The position numbers and the translations under genes are program-made. The notes below the pieces were generated by a model, which had not been told where the DNA came from, ran no database searches, and saw nothing but the letters and a program-made list of their open reading frames with translations. Of a DNA stretch of 64,000 nt, positions 10,198-19,414 are shown in pieces. The stretch lies in the IMG/VR virus record IMGVR_UViG_3300028920_000023; one strand, given 5' to 3'. The DNA is from a virus (Duplodnaviria > Caudoviricetes). Positions within the stretch are counted from its first letter, which is position 1; every line of letters begins with the position of its first letter.

Positions 10198-10291
10198 GAT
10201 CTCGCCCTTTCCAGTGATGAGGCTGTTTATCAGCTTCGTCCTGGTAGTTAAAGTAGATGCGGACCTGATTGGGGTCCGCATCTGATTTAGT

Positions 10292-10404
10292 GGGGGATTT
10301 GCGCAGGGTCAGTTTTCGTCAGAGAGGGAATTGAACCCTCAACTTCGCTTTATAAGAGCGATGTCCTATCCATTGGACTATCTGTAATGACGTGCAGTTC
10401 CCCC
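10292..10404 (-). ncRNA. Y-RNA-like RNA B containing a tRNA cloverleaf (anticodon UAU) with a broken acceptor stem
   Basis: D arm GTCC-AATGGATA-GGAC; anticodon arm TCGCT-CTTATAA-AGCGA; T arm GAGGG-TTCAATT-CCCTC; only 4 acceptor pairs and no CCA; enclosed by GGGGGAACTGCACGTCA / TGACCCTGCGCAAATCCCCC. Confidence 0.8.
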
Positions 10405-10431
10405 GAACTTGCTTTTTTGTTTTGGGATTAG

Positions 10432-10547
10432 TTTGGGGTTGGCGCAAAGTCGTGTTTAAGTGGAGCAGGACTTGAACCTGCGACTTATCGGTTATCAGCC
10501 GATCGCTCTACCATTGAGCTATCCTGTAACGACGTGCAGTCCCCAAA
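10432..10547 (-). ncRNA. Y-RNA-like RNA C containing a tRNA-Ile(GAU)-like cloverleaf with a broken acceptor stem
   Basis: D arm GCTC-AATGGTA-GAGC; anticodon arm ATCGG-CTGATAA-CCGAT; T arm GCAGG-TTCAAGT-CCTGC; 3 acceptor pairs and no CCA; enclosed by TTTGGGGACTGCACGTCGT / ACGACTTTGCGCCAACCCCAAA. Confidence 0.8.
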
Positions 10548-10579
10548 GATCATTTTTCGGTCAGTGCCAAACCAGAAAC

Positions 10580-10608
10580 ATTGTATCACATCCAAACCGC
10601 TTTGTCAA
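10580..10608 (-). promoter_or_regulatory. sigma70-type promoter for the ncRNA/vWA operon
   Basis: TTGACA-17 nt-TACAAT with extended -10 TG, about 30 nt upstream of RNA C. Confidence 0.85.
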
Positions 10609-11090
10609 GTACCCACTGCCATCTTCTTTGTCGTCTTCTTCTTATAAGAACGACGACCCCGTTTCTGCATCTCCTCGCTCTCATATAGAGAACGGGCCAT
10701 ATTTAAAAATTGTCTAGTAACCATCCTAAGAACATTCTCGAACTCTCTAGAATTCAAAGCACAATTATGATAACAAGTATAGGTAACTATCTTCACAACA
10801 ACTGTACCAGGCATAGAAGAATCATTCACAATACCACTAGCTATAATCTCAGCATGAGTCTTATCATAAGTCTCACCACCAAAATAAGGATAATCAAAAA
10901 ACACACCGTCCTCATCCGTATCCCTAATCAACCCATAGAAAATCGCAAACTTCTTCATTTCCGATGGTCTAGACAAGAAATTCAAAGGTGCTTCCATGAT
11001 GCTCTCCCTATTTTCCCGATGAACCAAAACCCGCGACACCCCGCTGATTATAATCGGGGCCAAACTCACACACCTCAACAATATCAACAT
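10605..11090 (-). CDS. hypothetical protein
   Basis: ORF downstream of dUTPase; real start probably MEAPLNF. Confidence 0.55.
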   Translation of the reverse strand: MLILLRCVSLAPIIISGVSRVLVHRENRESIMEAPLNFLSRPSEMKKFAIFYGLIRDTDEDGVFFDYPYFGGETYDKTHAEIIASGIVNDSSMPGTVVVKIVTYTCYHNCALNSREFENVLRMVTRQFLNMARSLYESEEMQKRGRRSYKKKTTKKMAVGT

Positions 11091-11964
11091 TACAATAACG
11101 CTGTATAATGACCTGAGCTATACGATCATGAAAATTGACCTTATAAGGCTTATCCGAAATATTCATAAGAGCAATCATAAGCTCGCCACAATATGTGCTA
11201 TCAATAATACCGTGAAACGGCGTAACCCCCTGGACCCACATAGAAGACCTACCCTCAACAGTAATATAATAACCCTCAGGACAGGAAAGAATAACCCCAG
11301 TATGGATATTCTTAGTACCATGGGGTTCAATTACAACCTCCTCGATAGAATAAACATCATATCCCGCATCCGTAGTCCTCTTACGAGTAGGAACTTTAGC
11401 CTCATCGGATATGGGTTTGCATTCTAAACGAACTGGTGTAAGGTTGTCTTTGAGGTATTCAGTAGAGGATGGAGTGGTGAGGTAGATGTTTCTTGGATTT
11501 ACTTCTAGTTCTGGCTTTATTCTATTTATTGTAATATTATTTGGATCCAGGTATTTTCTAGTATTGTAGCTTCTTCCTCCTTGTAAGTGCCATTGGTATA
11601 ACATATCTTCTGATGTTATTGTTGGCAAATTATGTATTAATAGGTAATTTTCGAATCGTTGTAAGAGATCTTCTGAACATTTTTTGCAACATGCTCCCAA
11701 TCCGTCGTATCTTTCCGGCATTATTATAAACTGGTCTGTTGTCCTATAAATTTTGCACATGTTACACCATTTGACCCTGGATATGCCGTCTGTCTTGTGT
11801 GTAGGGCACCTGTGCAGTTGTCCTATTCTTTTGTATTCTCTCTCAAACTCTTCATCGCAATTTCTACAACGCACTTTGATTTTGTCGTTGGGTTTCGGTA
11901 TTTTGTCTACAATGTGGTTTATTGGTTCAACTGTTCCGACTCTTTCGTTCATCTTCATCTCCAC
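11008..11964 (-). CDS. dut: dUTPase with N-terminal Zn-finger and degenerate HNH-like extension
   Basis: Trimeric dUTPase motifs AGYD, GRSS, GIIDSTYCGE, RIAQ and RGVAGFGSSG in the C-terminal ~140 aa; N-terminal CxxC pairs. Confidence 0.9.
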   Translation of the reverse strand: MEMKMNERVGTVEPINHIVDKIPKPNDKIKVRCRNCDEEFEREYKRIGQLHRCPTHKTDGISRVKWCNMCKIYRTTDQFIIMPERYDGLGACCKKCSEDLLQRFENYLLIHNLPTITSEDMLYQWHLQGGRSYNTRKYLDPNNITINRIKPELEVNPRNIYLTTPSSTEYLKDNLTPVRLECKPISDEAKVPTRKRTTDAGYDVYSIEEVVIEPHGTKNIHTGVILSCPEGYYITVEGRSSMWVQGVTPFHGIIDSTYCGELMIALMNISDKPYKVNFHDRIAQVIIQRYCNVDIVEVCEFGPDYNQRGVAGFGSSGK

Positions 11965-12001
11965 AACTTTATCTCATGTAATAACGAGATATTATAGAAT
12001 T

Positions 12002-12589
12002 ATGGTTAAAGAACTGTTAGAATCGCATGAGAGATTCTCCAAAGAATTTGGTAAGGGTTTCCTTTCTCTTATCAAGTTCAGATTCTATCTCGAGTCCTTC
12101 GAAACCGGTAAGCTGCGTTCTATCATACACGAAAATTATGGTAAGTGGCCCCACACATCGAGCAGAAAAATATTAACAAGTAGTATAGGTAGAATTGCTC
12201 AAAAGAAGTTTTATAAGGAGATATATGGAGAAGAACCCAACGGGAATATAGAGAAGGAAGATAAAAAGATCATATGTGCATTGGCTCTGAAAGATGAACC
12301 TGTGCAGCCAAAGAAACCAAAACCAAAGCCAATAAAACAAAAGAAATCAGAAAAACCAAAGAAACCAAACAGGCCAAAGAAACCGACAACGGTATTCTGC
12401 CATAAAGTACGTAATATGAGCGCTGATGAAATAGCACAATGGGCTAAAGAGTTGGGTGCTACTGATAAGGAAATATCGTATCGTAGTCCGAATAAGGGTC
12501 TGACTAAGATGAGGTTATTATCTTTAGTCAGGAAATATTTACCCAAAGAGGCGTTAATGGATTTGGATAAGTTTATACCCCAAAACTAG
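12002..12589 (+). CDS. hypothetical basic protein with KP-rich linker
   Basis: Plausible ATG at 12002; ORF-track extension upstream is antisense to dut. Confidence 0.6.
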   Translation: MVKELLESHERFSKEFGKGFLSLIKFRFYLESFETGKLRSIIHENYGKWPHTSSRKILTSSIGRIAQKKFYKEIYGEEPNGNIEKEDKKIICALALKDEPVQPKKPKPKPIKQKKSEKPKKPNRPKKPTTVFCHKVRNMSADEIAQWAKELGATDKEISYRSPNKGLTKMRLLSLVRKYLPKEALMDLDKFIPQN

Positions 12590-13556
12590 AGCCAATAGGA
12601 GAATTAACAATTTCGGGATTATATTCTATTGGCTCTTCTGGTTCGGGAGGAACATACTCCCTTGGCCTTTCAGGCTCTTCTTTTGTTCTTTCGCCAGCCA
12701 CAGTCTTCGCGACTAGAACCACAAACTCTGCGAAGTCCATGTTCTCTTCTTCATCCATCTCGGGTGTTTCCGAGACTAAATTTTTGGCTTTATCACCAAG
12801 GCTTGATATAGCTTCCTTGACTCGTCCACCAGCTTTACTTAGGGAACGTTTGAAGCTACTGAGGTCGTAGCCTTTATCCTGTAGGCCATAACGGTCCATT
12901 AGCTCGTTTATTTGGTCATCACTGAGCCCTAGATCGGACATTACTTCCGACATTCTAGCTTCGGTAATGGTCAGAGTATCTTTATAGAGTTTATTTTCTT
13001 GTACTCGTCTGCGGTATGTTCCTAGGACTATGGCTTTAATTCGTTCGCCTTGACCGGTGACGTCGTCTACTAGTTTCCAGAATTTCTCATCGTCGTAGAT
13101 GGGTTGTTGGGTTCTTTGTGCGTACCGTAGGATGGCCCCGAGCTTGGGTTCTTCGTCTATTGCTTTGGATACTAGTTCGTGTTCTTGGCGGTCGTCTACT
13201 TTGAGTAGGGACCGGAGCTTTTTCATTACGAAGTCGCCCATGTCTGAGAATACGTTCTCTTCGATGAGGTCCCGGACGACGCTTTCTAGAACGGTGATTT
13301 TTACTTTTCTTCCGAATGCTTTTCCGGTTTTGGTTTCACTTGGTTTTGCTTCGCTTATCCATTTTTGGAAAGCTGCTTTGCCATGTTCTGTTTGACCTAT
13401 TTCTCCGCCCATGAGCATGCGTATTTCTCTGGCGAATGGGTCTGGATCTATGCCTTGTTTTGCTGCCATCATCTGGAGGTAGGCTAGACCTTCTTGTTGG
13501 GAGAGGTCTTCGGTTAGGCAGATTCTACTTGAGGCATGCAGGTTGCTGAGTTTCAT
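12573..13556 (-). CDS. hypothetical protein, possibly virion-associated
   Basis: 327 aa; AGGAGA RBS. Confidence 0.7.
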   Translation of the reverse strand: MKLSNLHASSRICLTEDLSQQEGLAYLQMMAAKQGIDPDPFAREIRMLMGGEIGQTEHGKAAFQKWISEAKPSETKTGKAFGRKVKITVLESVVRDLIEENVFSDMGDFVMKKLRSLLKVDDRQEHELVSKAIDEEPKLGAILRYAQRTQQPIYDDEKFWKLVDDVTGQGERIKAIVLGTYRRRVQENKLYKDTLTITEARMSEVMSDLGLSDDQINELMDRYGLQDKGYDLSSFKRSLSKAGGRVKEAISSLGDKAKNLVSETPEMDEEENMDFAEFVVLVAKTVAGERTKEEPERPREYVPPEPEEPIEYNPEIVNSPIGSSFGV

Positions 13557-13588
13557 TGATATCTCCTATTACTCCTGAATATTTTTGA

Positions 13589-13897
13589 TTGCACTCAAAA
13601 ATATTGTACAAAATGGGAGGATTGGAAATGGCGTACACTTTGATTGATACGATTCAGGTTAAAAACATTAGTACTCAGGTGCTTCCGATCAATATCAAAA
13701 AGCAGGTTGGAAGTAGTATTCAGAGTGCTCATGGTACGATACAACTAAGCGCTGGAGCTTCGATTGAAGCAGAGGATAATCGGTTTGATATTTCCCAGCT
13801 CCGATCTCTTCGCAGCAAGAAGCTAATTACCTCCGATAGTTTCCGTAGACGGGTCGATGTCCCTGATTCCTCGGGCACAGATGTGACTAGCTCATAG
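13589..13897 (+). CDS. small hypothetical protein
   Basis: GGGAGG RBS before MAYTL (likely start about 13630). Confidence 0.55.
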   Translation: MHSKILYKMGGLEMAYTLIDTIQVKNISTQVLPINIKKQVGSSIQSAHGTIQLSAGASIEAEDNRFDISQLRSLRSKKLITSDSFRRRVDVPDSSGTDVTSS

Positions 13898-14596
13898 GTA
13901 TTCTGAGTAATTTTGGGCTGTTTTTTCTAGGTTGATGTCGTCTTCGGCACTGGCTGTCACTCTTATGGTGGCGTCAGTGCCGAAATATATCGAGACTTTT
14001 TTGAAGTTTTTCATTGTGGCTTCTAGTCCGGTTACTCCTGTTTCTCCTTGGTTTTCTATGGCTTCTCTGCTTCCGCCGTAGTCCGTGGTGTCTATGGAGG
14101 CGTTTCTTATTTCTCCGAGGTTGATTGATACTTTCCTCACTTTGAGTTTTTTGATGTCTGATATTTCTTGTTTTTCTTCTAGTTTGGTTAGTATTCCCAT
14201 TAGGTCTACGTCGATGTCTGTGAGCTTGTAGTAGTCGGTGTATTGGAAGTCGGCTGGGTTTTCTTGGGCTTCTCTTCCTCCTAGCCTGAGTGCTAGGGCG
14301 TCTAGGAGGTAGGTTATTTCTGAAATTTCTACTTTTGTTCCTTGGACGTAGAGCCGGTTGTTTATTATTTTGAATTTGACTGCTCTTATTGAGTTTATTT
14401 CGTTTGTTGTTACGTCCCATAGTTCGGGGTCGAAGTTTTTGACTTTGATAATTCTGAGGTATGTTAGGAAGTACCAGTCGTCTTTCTTCCGCAGAACTCC
14501 TGGTTTGCTTTCTGGGGATGTGGATACGAATTCGTTCATGGCCTGTTTTAGGTCATCGCTGATCCATAGGTCTCTTACTGTTAGTCCGAATTTCAT
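13892..14596 (-). CDS. hypothetical protein
   Basis: 234-aa ORF. Confidence 0.65.
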   Translation of the reverse strand: MKFGLTVRDLWISDDLKQAMNEFVSTSPESKPGVLRKKDDWYFLTYLRIIKVKNFDPELWDVTTNEINSIRAVKFKIINNRLYVQGTKVEISEITYLLDALALRLGGREAQENPADFQYTDYYKLTDIDVDLMGILTKLEEKQEISDIKKLKVRKVSINLGEIRNASIDTTDYGGSREAIENQGETGVTGLEATMKNFKKVSIYFGTDATIRVTASAEDDINLEKTAQNYSEYL

Positions 14597-14623
14597 GATT
14601 TGGCCTCAGGTTAGAACACAGTA

Positions 14624-15268
14624 TTATCGTCGCTTTATAACGCATGAAATATGTAGGCGGCTGGACCTTGTCCGACCGTCTTCGATTATAGGGGATTCCC
14701 ATTCATAGAAATAACATCCAGAGCATATACTACAGACCTCATCGGCTTCTTCTGTTGTCATGTAAATACTTGCTATCTTATTTCCAGTTTGTAATTTTCT
14801 TAATAAATCATAAGTATTGTGTTGTTTATGACTTTCTATGAAGCTATATTGCAAATCTTCTATAATATAAAATCCGCCAGATTTAACGAAAGGAAATAAG
14901 AACCCGAAACTTATTTGCTGTTGTTGATTCTCATGCCCACCATCGTCAATAATTACATCGAAATCAGATCCAATTTTATTTATTAAATCAGATAATGCTT
15001 TACGGTTTGACTGATTTGCCTCATGGGTTCGTATTCTATCACCAAAATTTGGCATTTTATAAATATCTAGGCCGTGTATAACGGAGTTACAAAAATAATC
15101 TCTCCACATTTTCAGAGATTTACCTTCGAGAATTCCTATCTCCAAAATTTTCTTAACAGATTCCTTAATTCTACACAGATGTTGATTATAAAATGGTGTG
15201 TAATTATGAATCTTCGGCCCTTTATCTGTGCCGTATTTATCTGCCAATACAGACAATTGATCAAACAT
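14624..15268 (-). CDS. class I SAM-dependent (sugar O-)methyltransferase
   Basis: KYGTDK..HNY, ILEIGI..GKSLKMW, GLDI, DVIIDDGGH, GGFYIIEDL. Confidence 0.85.
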   Translation of the reverse strand: MFDQLSVLADKYGTDKGPKIHNYTPFYNQHLCRIKESVKKILEIGILEGKSLKMWRDYFCNSVIHGLDIYKMPNFGDRIRTHEANQSNRKALSDLINKIGSDFDVIIDDGGHENQQQQISFGFLFPFVKSGGFYIIEDLQYSFIESHKQHNTYDLLRKLQTGNKIASIYMTTEEADEVCSICSGCYFYEWESPIIEDGRTRSSRLHISCVIKRR

Positions 15269-15656
15269 CGTCTTCCTCCGATAAAGGCCCAGATGGCTTC
15301 ATTCTTATAGAATCTTCAGGATTATCTGGGGTTGATACTTCTACAAACACTGCTCTGTTTTTTGTCGCCCAGAACCTATGCGGCTGATTTTTTTGTATTG
15401 TTATGCTATCACCTACATTAACTTTAGAACCGAAGATCTTTCTCATCGAAATCGGATTATCCCAAATCTGTAATTCCAAAACGCCCTCAATGACATAGAA
15501 AGTCTCAGTTTTAATTGCATGATAATGCATACTGCATGCGTTGCCATTTGGCTCTACGGTCAATACTTTCCCAGTATACCCAGATTGCCCGTCTACAAAT
15601 GAAGCTATAATTTTCTCGTTGCCCCACAATTTATCAATTACCTTACATTCGTTCAT
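15261..15656 (-). CDS. cupin-domain protein (sugar isomerase-like)
   Basis: KLWG.E, SMHYHAIKTETFYV, PHRF. Confidence 0.8.
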   Translation of the reverse strand: MNECKVIDKLWGNEKIIASFVDGQSGYTGKVLTVEPNGNACSMHYHAIKTETFYVIEGVLELQIWDNPISMRKIFGSKVNVGDSITIQKNQPHRFWATKNRAVFVEVSTPDNPEDSIRMKPSGPLSEEDDV

Positions 15657-15657
15657 A

Positions 15658-16485
15658 TTAGCTCCTCTTTAAATCATTTTCAAGAGTCTTTAACCCAACA
15701 GCCGGGTCATACTTACTCATGGAATATAGATGTTTAAGATATTTTGGCATCTTATTCTTGTCAAATGTCCCGAATCTATAATTGTTATCTATTTCCTTAT
15801 CCAACCTATGTTTCTTGATTTCTCCAGCTAACATTTCCTGACAGATTCTTCTTGCATTTTCATAATTTTGGCACCCTGGATATAATTTAGCGTGATTTAT
15901 ATGCTTTTGGCAAATATGATAGGGAAAACACCAACCAACATGGTATATCCTGATATTTGACGATAGTACAGGATTAATATTCCCCGAAAAATTAAAACCA
16001 TCCTGTATACTTTGGGCACCATTGGCTGGTATAATTCTTATGGCTCTATCGTAAGTTGGGTTAATAATAAATTGAAGGAACCCATTTCTGAAATGTATAA
16101 ATTTAAAGGATACCGATCTAGATTCGGAGTTAATAGACTTTTTCAATTCTTTTTCATCATTCTCATGATAAACTTCGTCTGCTTGCACATAAAATAATTT
16201 TCTAGAGCCGTTAAGAACGGGATGCCGTACCGCATTATTTGTAGCTACAGCTATGGCATTTCCTAATGCTGATTTATCTGGCCATCCAATTTTTACCAGT
16301 AAAAATTTGGTGTTTATATTACAAAGAGATTCCAACGATTCGGCTGTACCATCATCACTTCCGCAATCAAATATCACAAATTTATCGCAGCAAGTATGCA
16401 TACTTGCTATGGATTCTACAAATGGGTATCCGAGCTTTATTCCGTTTTTTATTACCATGAATCCTGTGTTCATGTTCTTCTCCAT
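15658..16485 (-). CDS. glycosyltransferase, GT2-like
   Basis: GYPFVESI, DCGSDDGT, YVQADE. Confidence 0.8.
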   Translation of the reverse strand: MEKNMNTGFMVIKNGIKLGYPFVESIASMHTCCDKFVIFDCGSDDGTAESLESLCNINTKFLLVKIGWPDKSALGNAIAVATNNAVRHPVLNGSRKLFYVQADEVYHENDEKELKKSINSESRSVSFKFIHFRNGFLQFIINPTYDRAIRIIPANGAQSIQDGFNFSGNINPVLSSNIRIYHVGWCFPYHICQKHINHAKLYPGCQNYENARRICQEMLAGEIKKHRLDKEIDNNYRFGTFDKNKMPKYLKHLYSMSKYDPAVGLKTLENDLKRS

Positions 16486-17279
16486 TTTTCAAGAAGTTTA
16501 AGAGCTGCGTTCGCCATTTTTTCAACACCTTCTTGGTGATTTATATCTATAATATTATCATCGCTGAGAAATTTTTGAAATCCAACCAGACCTATTTTAA
16601 ATCTGTGTCTGTCCGTTATACATAATTTCGGTGTATTTCTAGATCCGCATGCCAACCAAGTACATCCCGTATCTGGTCCTATATAAAGAGAACATCTATT
16701 TATTGCTTCTACAGTACCTAGTAGCGATAATTTGCCGTGGTAGGATTGCGCTCCTTTATAATCAAGACCGTCTTTACCACCCACGGTAATTATTTTGTTG
16801 CCAGACTTTACGAGTGCATCAATCAACCACTGCCTTTGTCTAGATGGCCAATCAAAACACGAATAACATGGACTAGAACAAATGGCTATAGGATCTTTAG
16901 GTAAATTCAACGAATCTACCTCCTGTTTAACCTTTTGGTCTATATTAAATTTTATGCGTCTTTCTTTAAGAGTAACGTTACTCCATTTTGCTATGAGGTC
17001 TATTAGATGTACGTTCTTTCCTTCCCATTCCGCATGTCTCCACATTGGTTGAGCTTTGATCAGCAAATCAGGTGGTTTTGGCTGCCAATTGGGATATGAC
17101 CCAAATGGCGGAGAGCCATGTGGCAGGGGAGTCCCGCAAGACGGCACTAAGGGAACATATTGCGGTAAAGTCAACCATCTCAGATCCGCATTCGGATATT
17201 TCTCTCTTAAAGCATAAAAAGAAGGTATGCCACAACAGATATCTCCAAGTCTAGCAGATAAACAAAAGGTTATCTTCAT
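16470..17279 (-). CDS. GT9-like (heptosyltransferase-type) glycosyltransferase
   Basis: RLGDI...PSFYALREKYPNA; LYIGPDTG..WLA. Confidence 0.8.
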   Translation of the reverse strand: MKITFCLSARLGDICCGIPSFYALREKYPNADLRWLTLPQYVPLVPSCGTPLPHGSPPFGSYPNWQPKPPDLLIKAQPMWRHAEWEGKNVHLIDLIAKWSNVTLKERRIKFNIDQKVKQEVDSLNLPKDPIAICSSPCYSCFDWPSRQRQWLIDALVKSGNKIITVGGKDGLDYKGAQSYHGKLSLLGTVEAINRCSLYIGPDTGCTWLACGSRNTPKLCITDRHRFKIGLVGFQKFLSDDNIIDINHQEGVEKMANAALKLLEKWRRT

Positions 17280-18148
17280 TTATATTCCTCAAAACCTAGT
17301 TCTGCTTCTAGTTCTTCTTTTGTAACAGCATGAACCCCATCGTAATCCGCAGCTACCGCACCACAAGCCATGGCCAACACACAGGATCTGTTTAGGGATA
17401 AGCCCGTAGACAGACCATAAGCCAAACCGGCTAACGCATTGTCACCACAGCCGATAGCACACCCCTTTTTTCTTTCTCTTACGTTCAGGGTCATATCGTC
17501 CCTATTTTGGGATTTTAAGACAGCTCCTTTTTTAGATAAGGTCACAAGGACAGATTGAGCATCCACTTGTGAGATATCGAAATTTTTATCCACTTCGTGT
17601 TCATTTGGTTTTATACATAAGCTTTTACCGTAGAATGATATTTCCTTTTTCGGGTCTACTATAAATCTTCTGTGTTGGATCTCCTTCATTAATTCCTCTG
17701 TAATTGAGCCTTTATTATAATCAGATACTACAATAAAATCTGATTTATTCTTGATTTCATCTAGGAACAGACTTGTAATTTTCTGCGATACAGGGTTGGT
17801 ATTCTCATAATCTACCCTGCAAATATATCTTCCTTCTTCTGTGTAATATCTTACCTTTCTCGTTGTCATTCTGTCGTCTGGGATAAGCAATGCATCGAAA
17901 TTGCATAAGTTTTTTATAACATCCGAGTACTTATCCTGACCAACTACCGATAATAATTTAACATTGCATCCAAGTTGTATCAAATTTAAAGCAACATTAG
18001 CAGCTCCGCCTAACCTCGTATCTTCTTTAATAAAACGTAATTTTGGAGCTATAGGATCTTCTGGTGTTAAGCCGCTAGCCGAGGTAAGAACATACTCATC
18101 TAACATGCAATCGCCTATGACTACGATATCGGGTTTTTTATTAAACAT
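17276..18148 (-). CDS. heptose-7-phosphate kinase (HldE/RfaE domain I, PfkB family)
   Basis: VIGDCMLDEY, LGGAANVA.NL, SDYNKG, VDPK, KPNEHE, GCGD. Confidence 0.85.
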   Translation of the reverse strand: MFNKKPDIVVIGDCMLDEYVLTSASGLTPEDPIAPKLRFIKEDTRLGGAANVALNLIQLGCNVKLLSVVGQDKYSDVIKNLCNFDALLIPDDRMTTRKVRYYTEEGRYICRVDYENTNPVSQKITSLFLDEIKNKSDFIVVSDYNKGSITEELMKEIQHRRFIVDPKKEISFYGKSLCIKPNEHEVDKNFDISQVDAQSVLVTLSKKGAVLKSQNRDDMTLNVRERKKGCAIGCGDNALAGLAYGLSTGLSLNRSCVLAMACGAVAADYDGVHAVTKEELEAELGFEEYK

Positions 18149-18198
18149 TGTGTCGTCCTCATTGGTATTTACGAGTAAATATTTGAAAGGGGCAATAG

Positions 18199-19182
18199 AT
18201 GGAAAGAACTTCAGTTTTAGAGATTGTTGAAAATTGGAAAAAAGCAGGGCTTACGATCGGGTTTACAAGCGGAGTTTTTGATTTATTACATTATGGTCAT
18301 GTCGATTTCCTCACCAAAGCATCGAAAATATGTGATAAACTGGTAGTCGGCATTAATTCAGATGGTTCTGTTAAGAAATATAAAGATCCCAATTTACCAA
18401 TAAACGCTTCTGCACATAGAGCAGGGATAATATCCAGTCTGAGGTGTGTTGATGCAGTATTCGTGTTTGACGAAAGAAGAAACAGAAAGAATCTGGAATT
18501 ATTAAAACCAGACTTCTATATCAAAGCTGGTGATTATGATATATCCCAATTAACAAGCAGAGATGTCGTTGAAGCTTATGGCGGTAAAGCCGTCATAATA
18601 AAAGACATCGAGGGTATATCGACTAGCTCATTAATAGAAAGAATAAGAAATCCAAAGCAAAAAGCAGTCTTCCTAGATAGAGACGGCACAATAAACAGAG
18701 AAGTTGAATACCTACATGAACCAGAAAAATTTGAATTTCTACCGAATGCCGTAGAAGGAATAATCAAGTTTTACAATATGGGTTATAGAATAATTGTTAT
18801 AACATGTCAGAACGGCATCGGATTGGGATATTTCACCAAAGAAGATTTTTTCAAGGTCAACAAGGTGCTATTAGGCGGCTTATCTGAAAAAGAAATTAAA
18901 GTAGATAAAATTTATTTCACAACTGAATCTAACACTAAAGAAAATCCCAAAAAGGAACTGATTGAACGAGCCCAGAGGGATTTAAATTTAGATTTACAAA
19001 ATTGTGTAGTTATAGGTGATAAGGAAGTAGATATAGAACTTGGATCGATTTTTGGGTTTACAAGTATTGGAGTCAGAACTGGCCATGGATGTAGGACCGC
19101 AAAATTGAAACCAGATTATATGGCATCTGATTTAATGGATGCTGCGGATCATATCGAACGAGCAGCATCTCTTAAGATCTGA
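18199..19182 (+). CDS. heptose-1-P adenylyltransferase (RfaE domain II) fused to GmhB-type HAD phosphatase
   Basis: FTSGVFDLLHYGH, VGINSDGSV, KAGDY, STSSLI, then AVFLDRDGTIN and VIGDKEVD. Confidence 0.9.
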   Translation: MERTSVLEIVENWKKAGLTIGFTSGVFDLLHYGHVDFLTKASKICDKLVVGINSDGSVKKYKDPNLPINASAHRAGIISSLRCVDAVFVFDERRNRKNLELLKPDFYIKAGDYDISQLTSRDVVEAYGGKAVIIKDIEGISTSSLIERIRNPKQKAVFLDRDGTINREVEYLHEPEKFEFLPNAVEGIIKFYNMGYRIIVITCQNGIGLGYFTKEDFFKVNKVLLGGLSEKEIKVDKIYFTTESNTKENPKKELIERAQRDLNLDLQNCVVIGDKEVDIELGSIFGFTSIGVRTGHGCRTAKLKPDYMASDLMDAADHIERAASLKI

Positions 19183-19400
19183 TAATAATCGTTTGGATAT
19201 CCCAAATTGCTTTGGAAATCTGGTAATACAAAAAGTCTGCGTTGTTTGTCTACAAACGGTTTAACCAATGTAGAGGAACCGGGCACCACAGACAGAGCAT
19301 CACTTAATGTTAATCTAGAATTTTCCGTGTCTATTAACCCCGGAACTTCTACGAAACCATTTATGACCGGCAAATAATTTCTTTGATTTATATTTACCAT
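19149..19400 (-). CDS. hypothetical protein
   Basis: 83 aa; AGGGAG RBS; 3' overlap with the convergent gene. Confidence 0.45.
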   Translation of the reverse strand: MVNINQRNYLPVINGFVEVPGLIDTENSRLTLSDALSVVPGSSTLVKPFVDKQRRLFVLPDFQSNLGYPNDYYQILRDAARSI

Positions 19401-19414
19401 AATTATCTCCCTAA

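Noticed and set aside
10317-10528. Calling RNAs B and C ordinary tRNA-Ile genes
   Set aside because: Acceptor stems have only 3-4 pairs, there is no CCA, and both sit inside the same conserved outer stem as RNA A.
7601-10544. Repeated GTGCAGT(T)CCCC as a CRISPR repeat
   Set aside because: Only three copies with irregular spacing (about 140 bp and 2.8 kb), no cas genes, and each copy pairs with a downstream partner to close an RNA stem.
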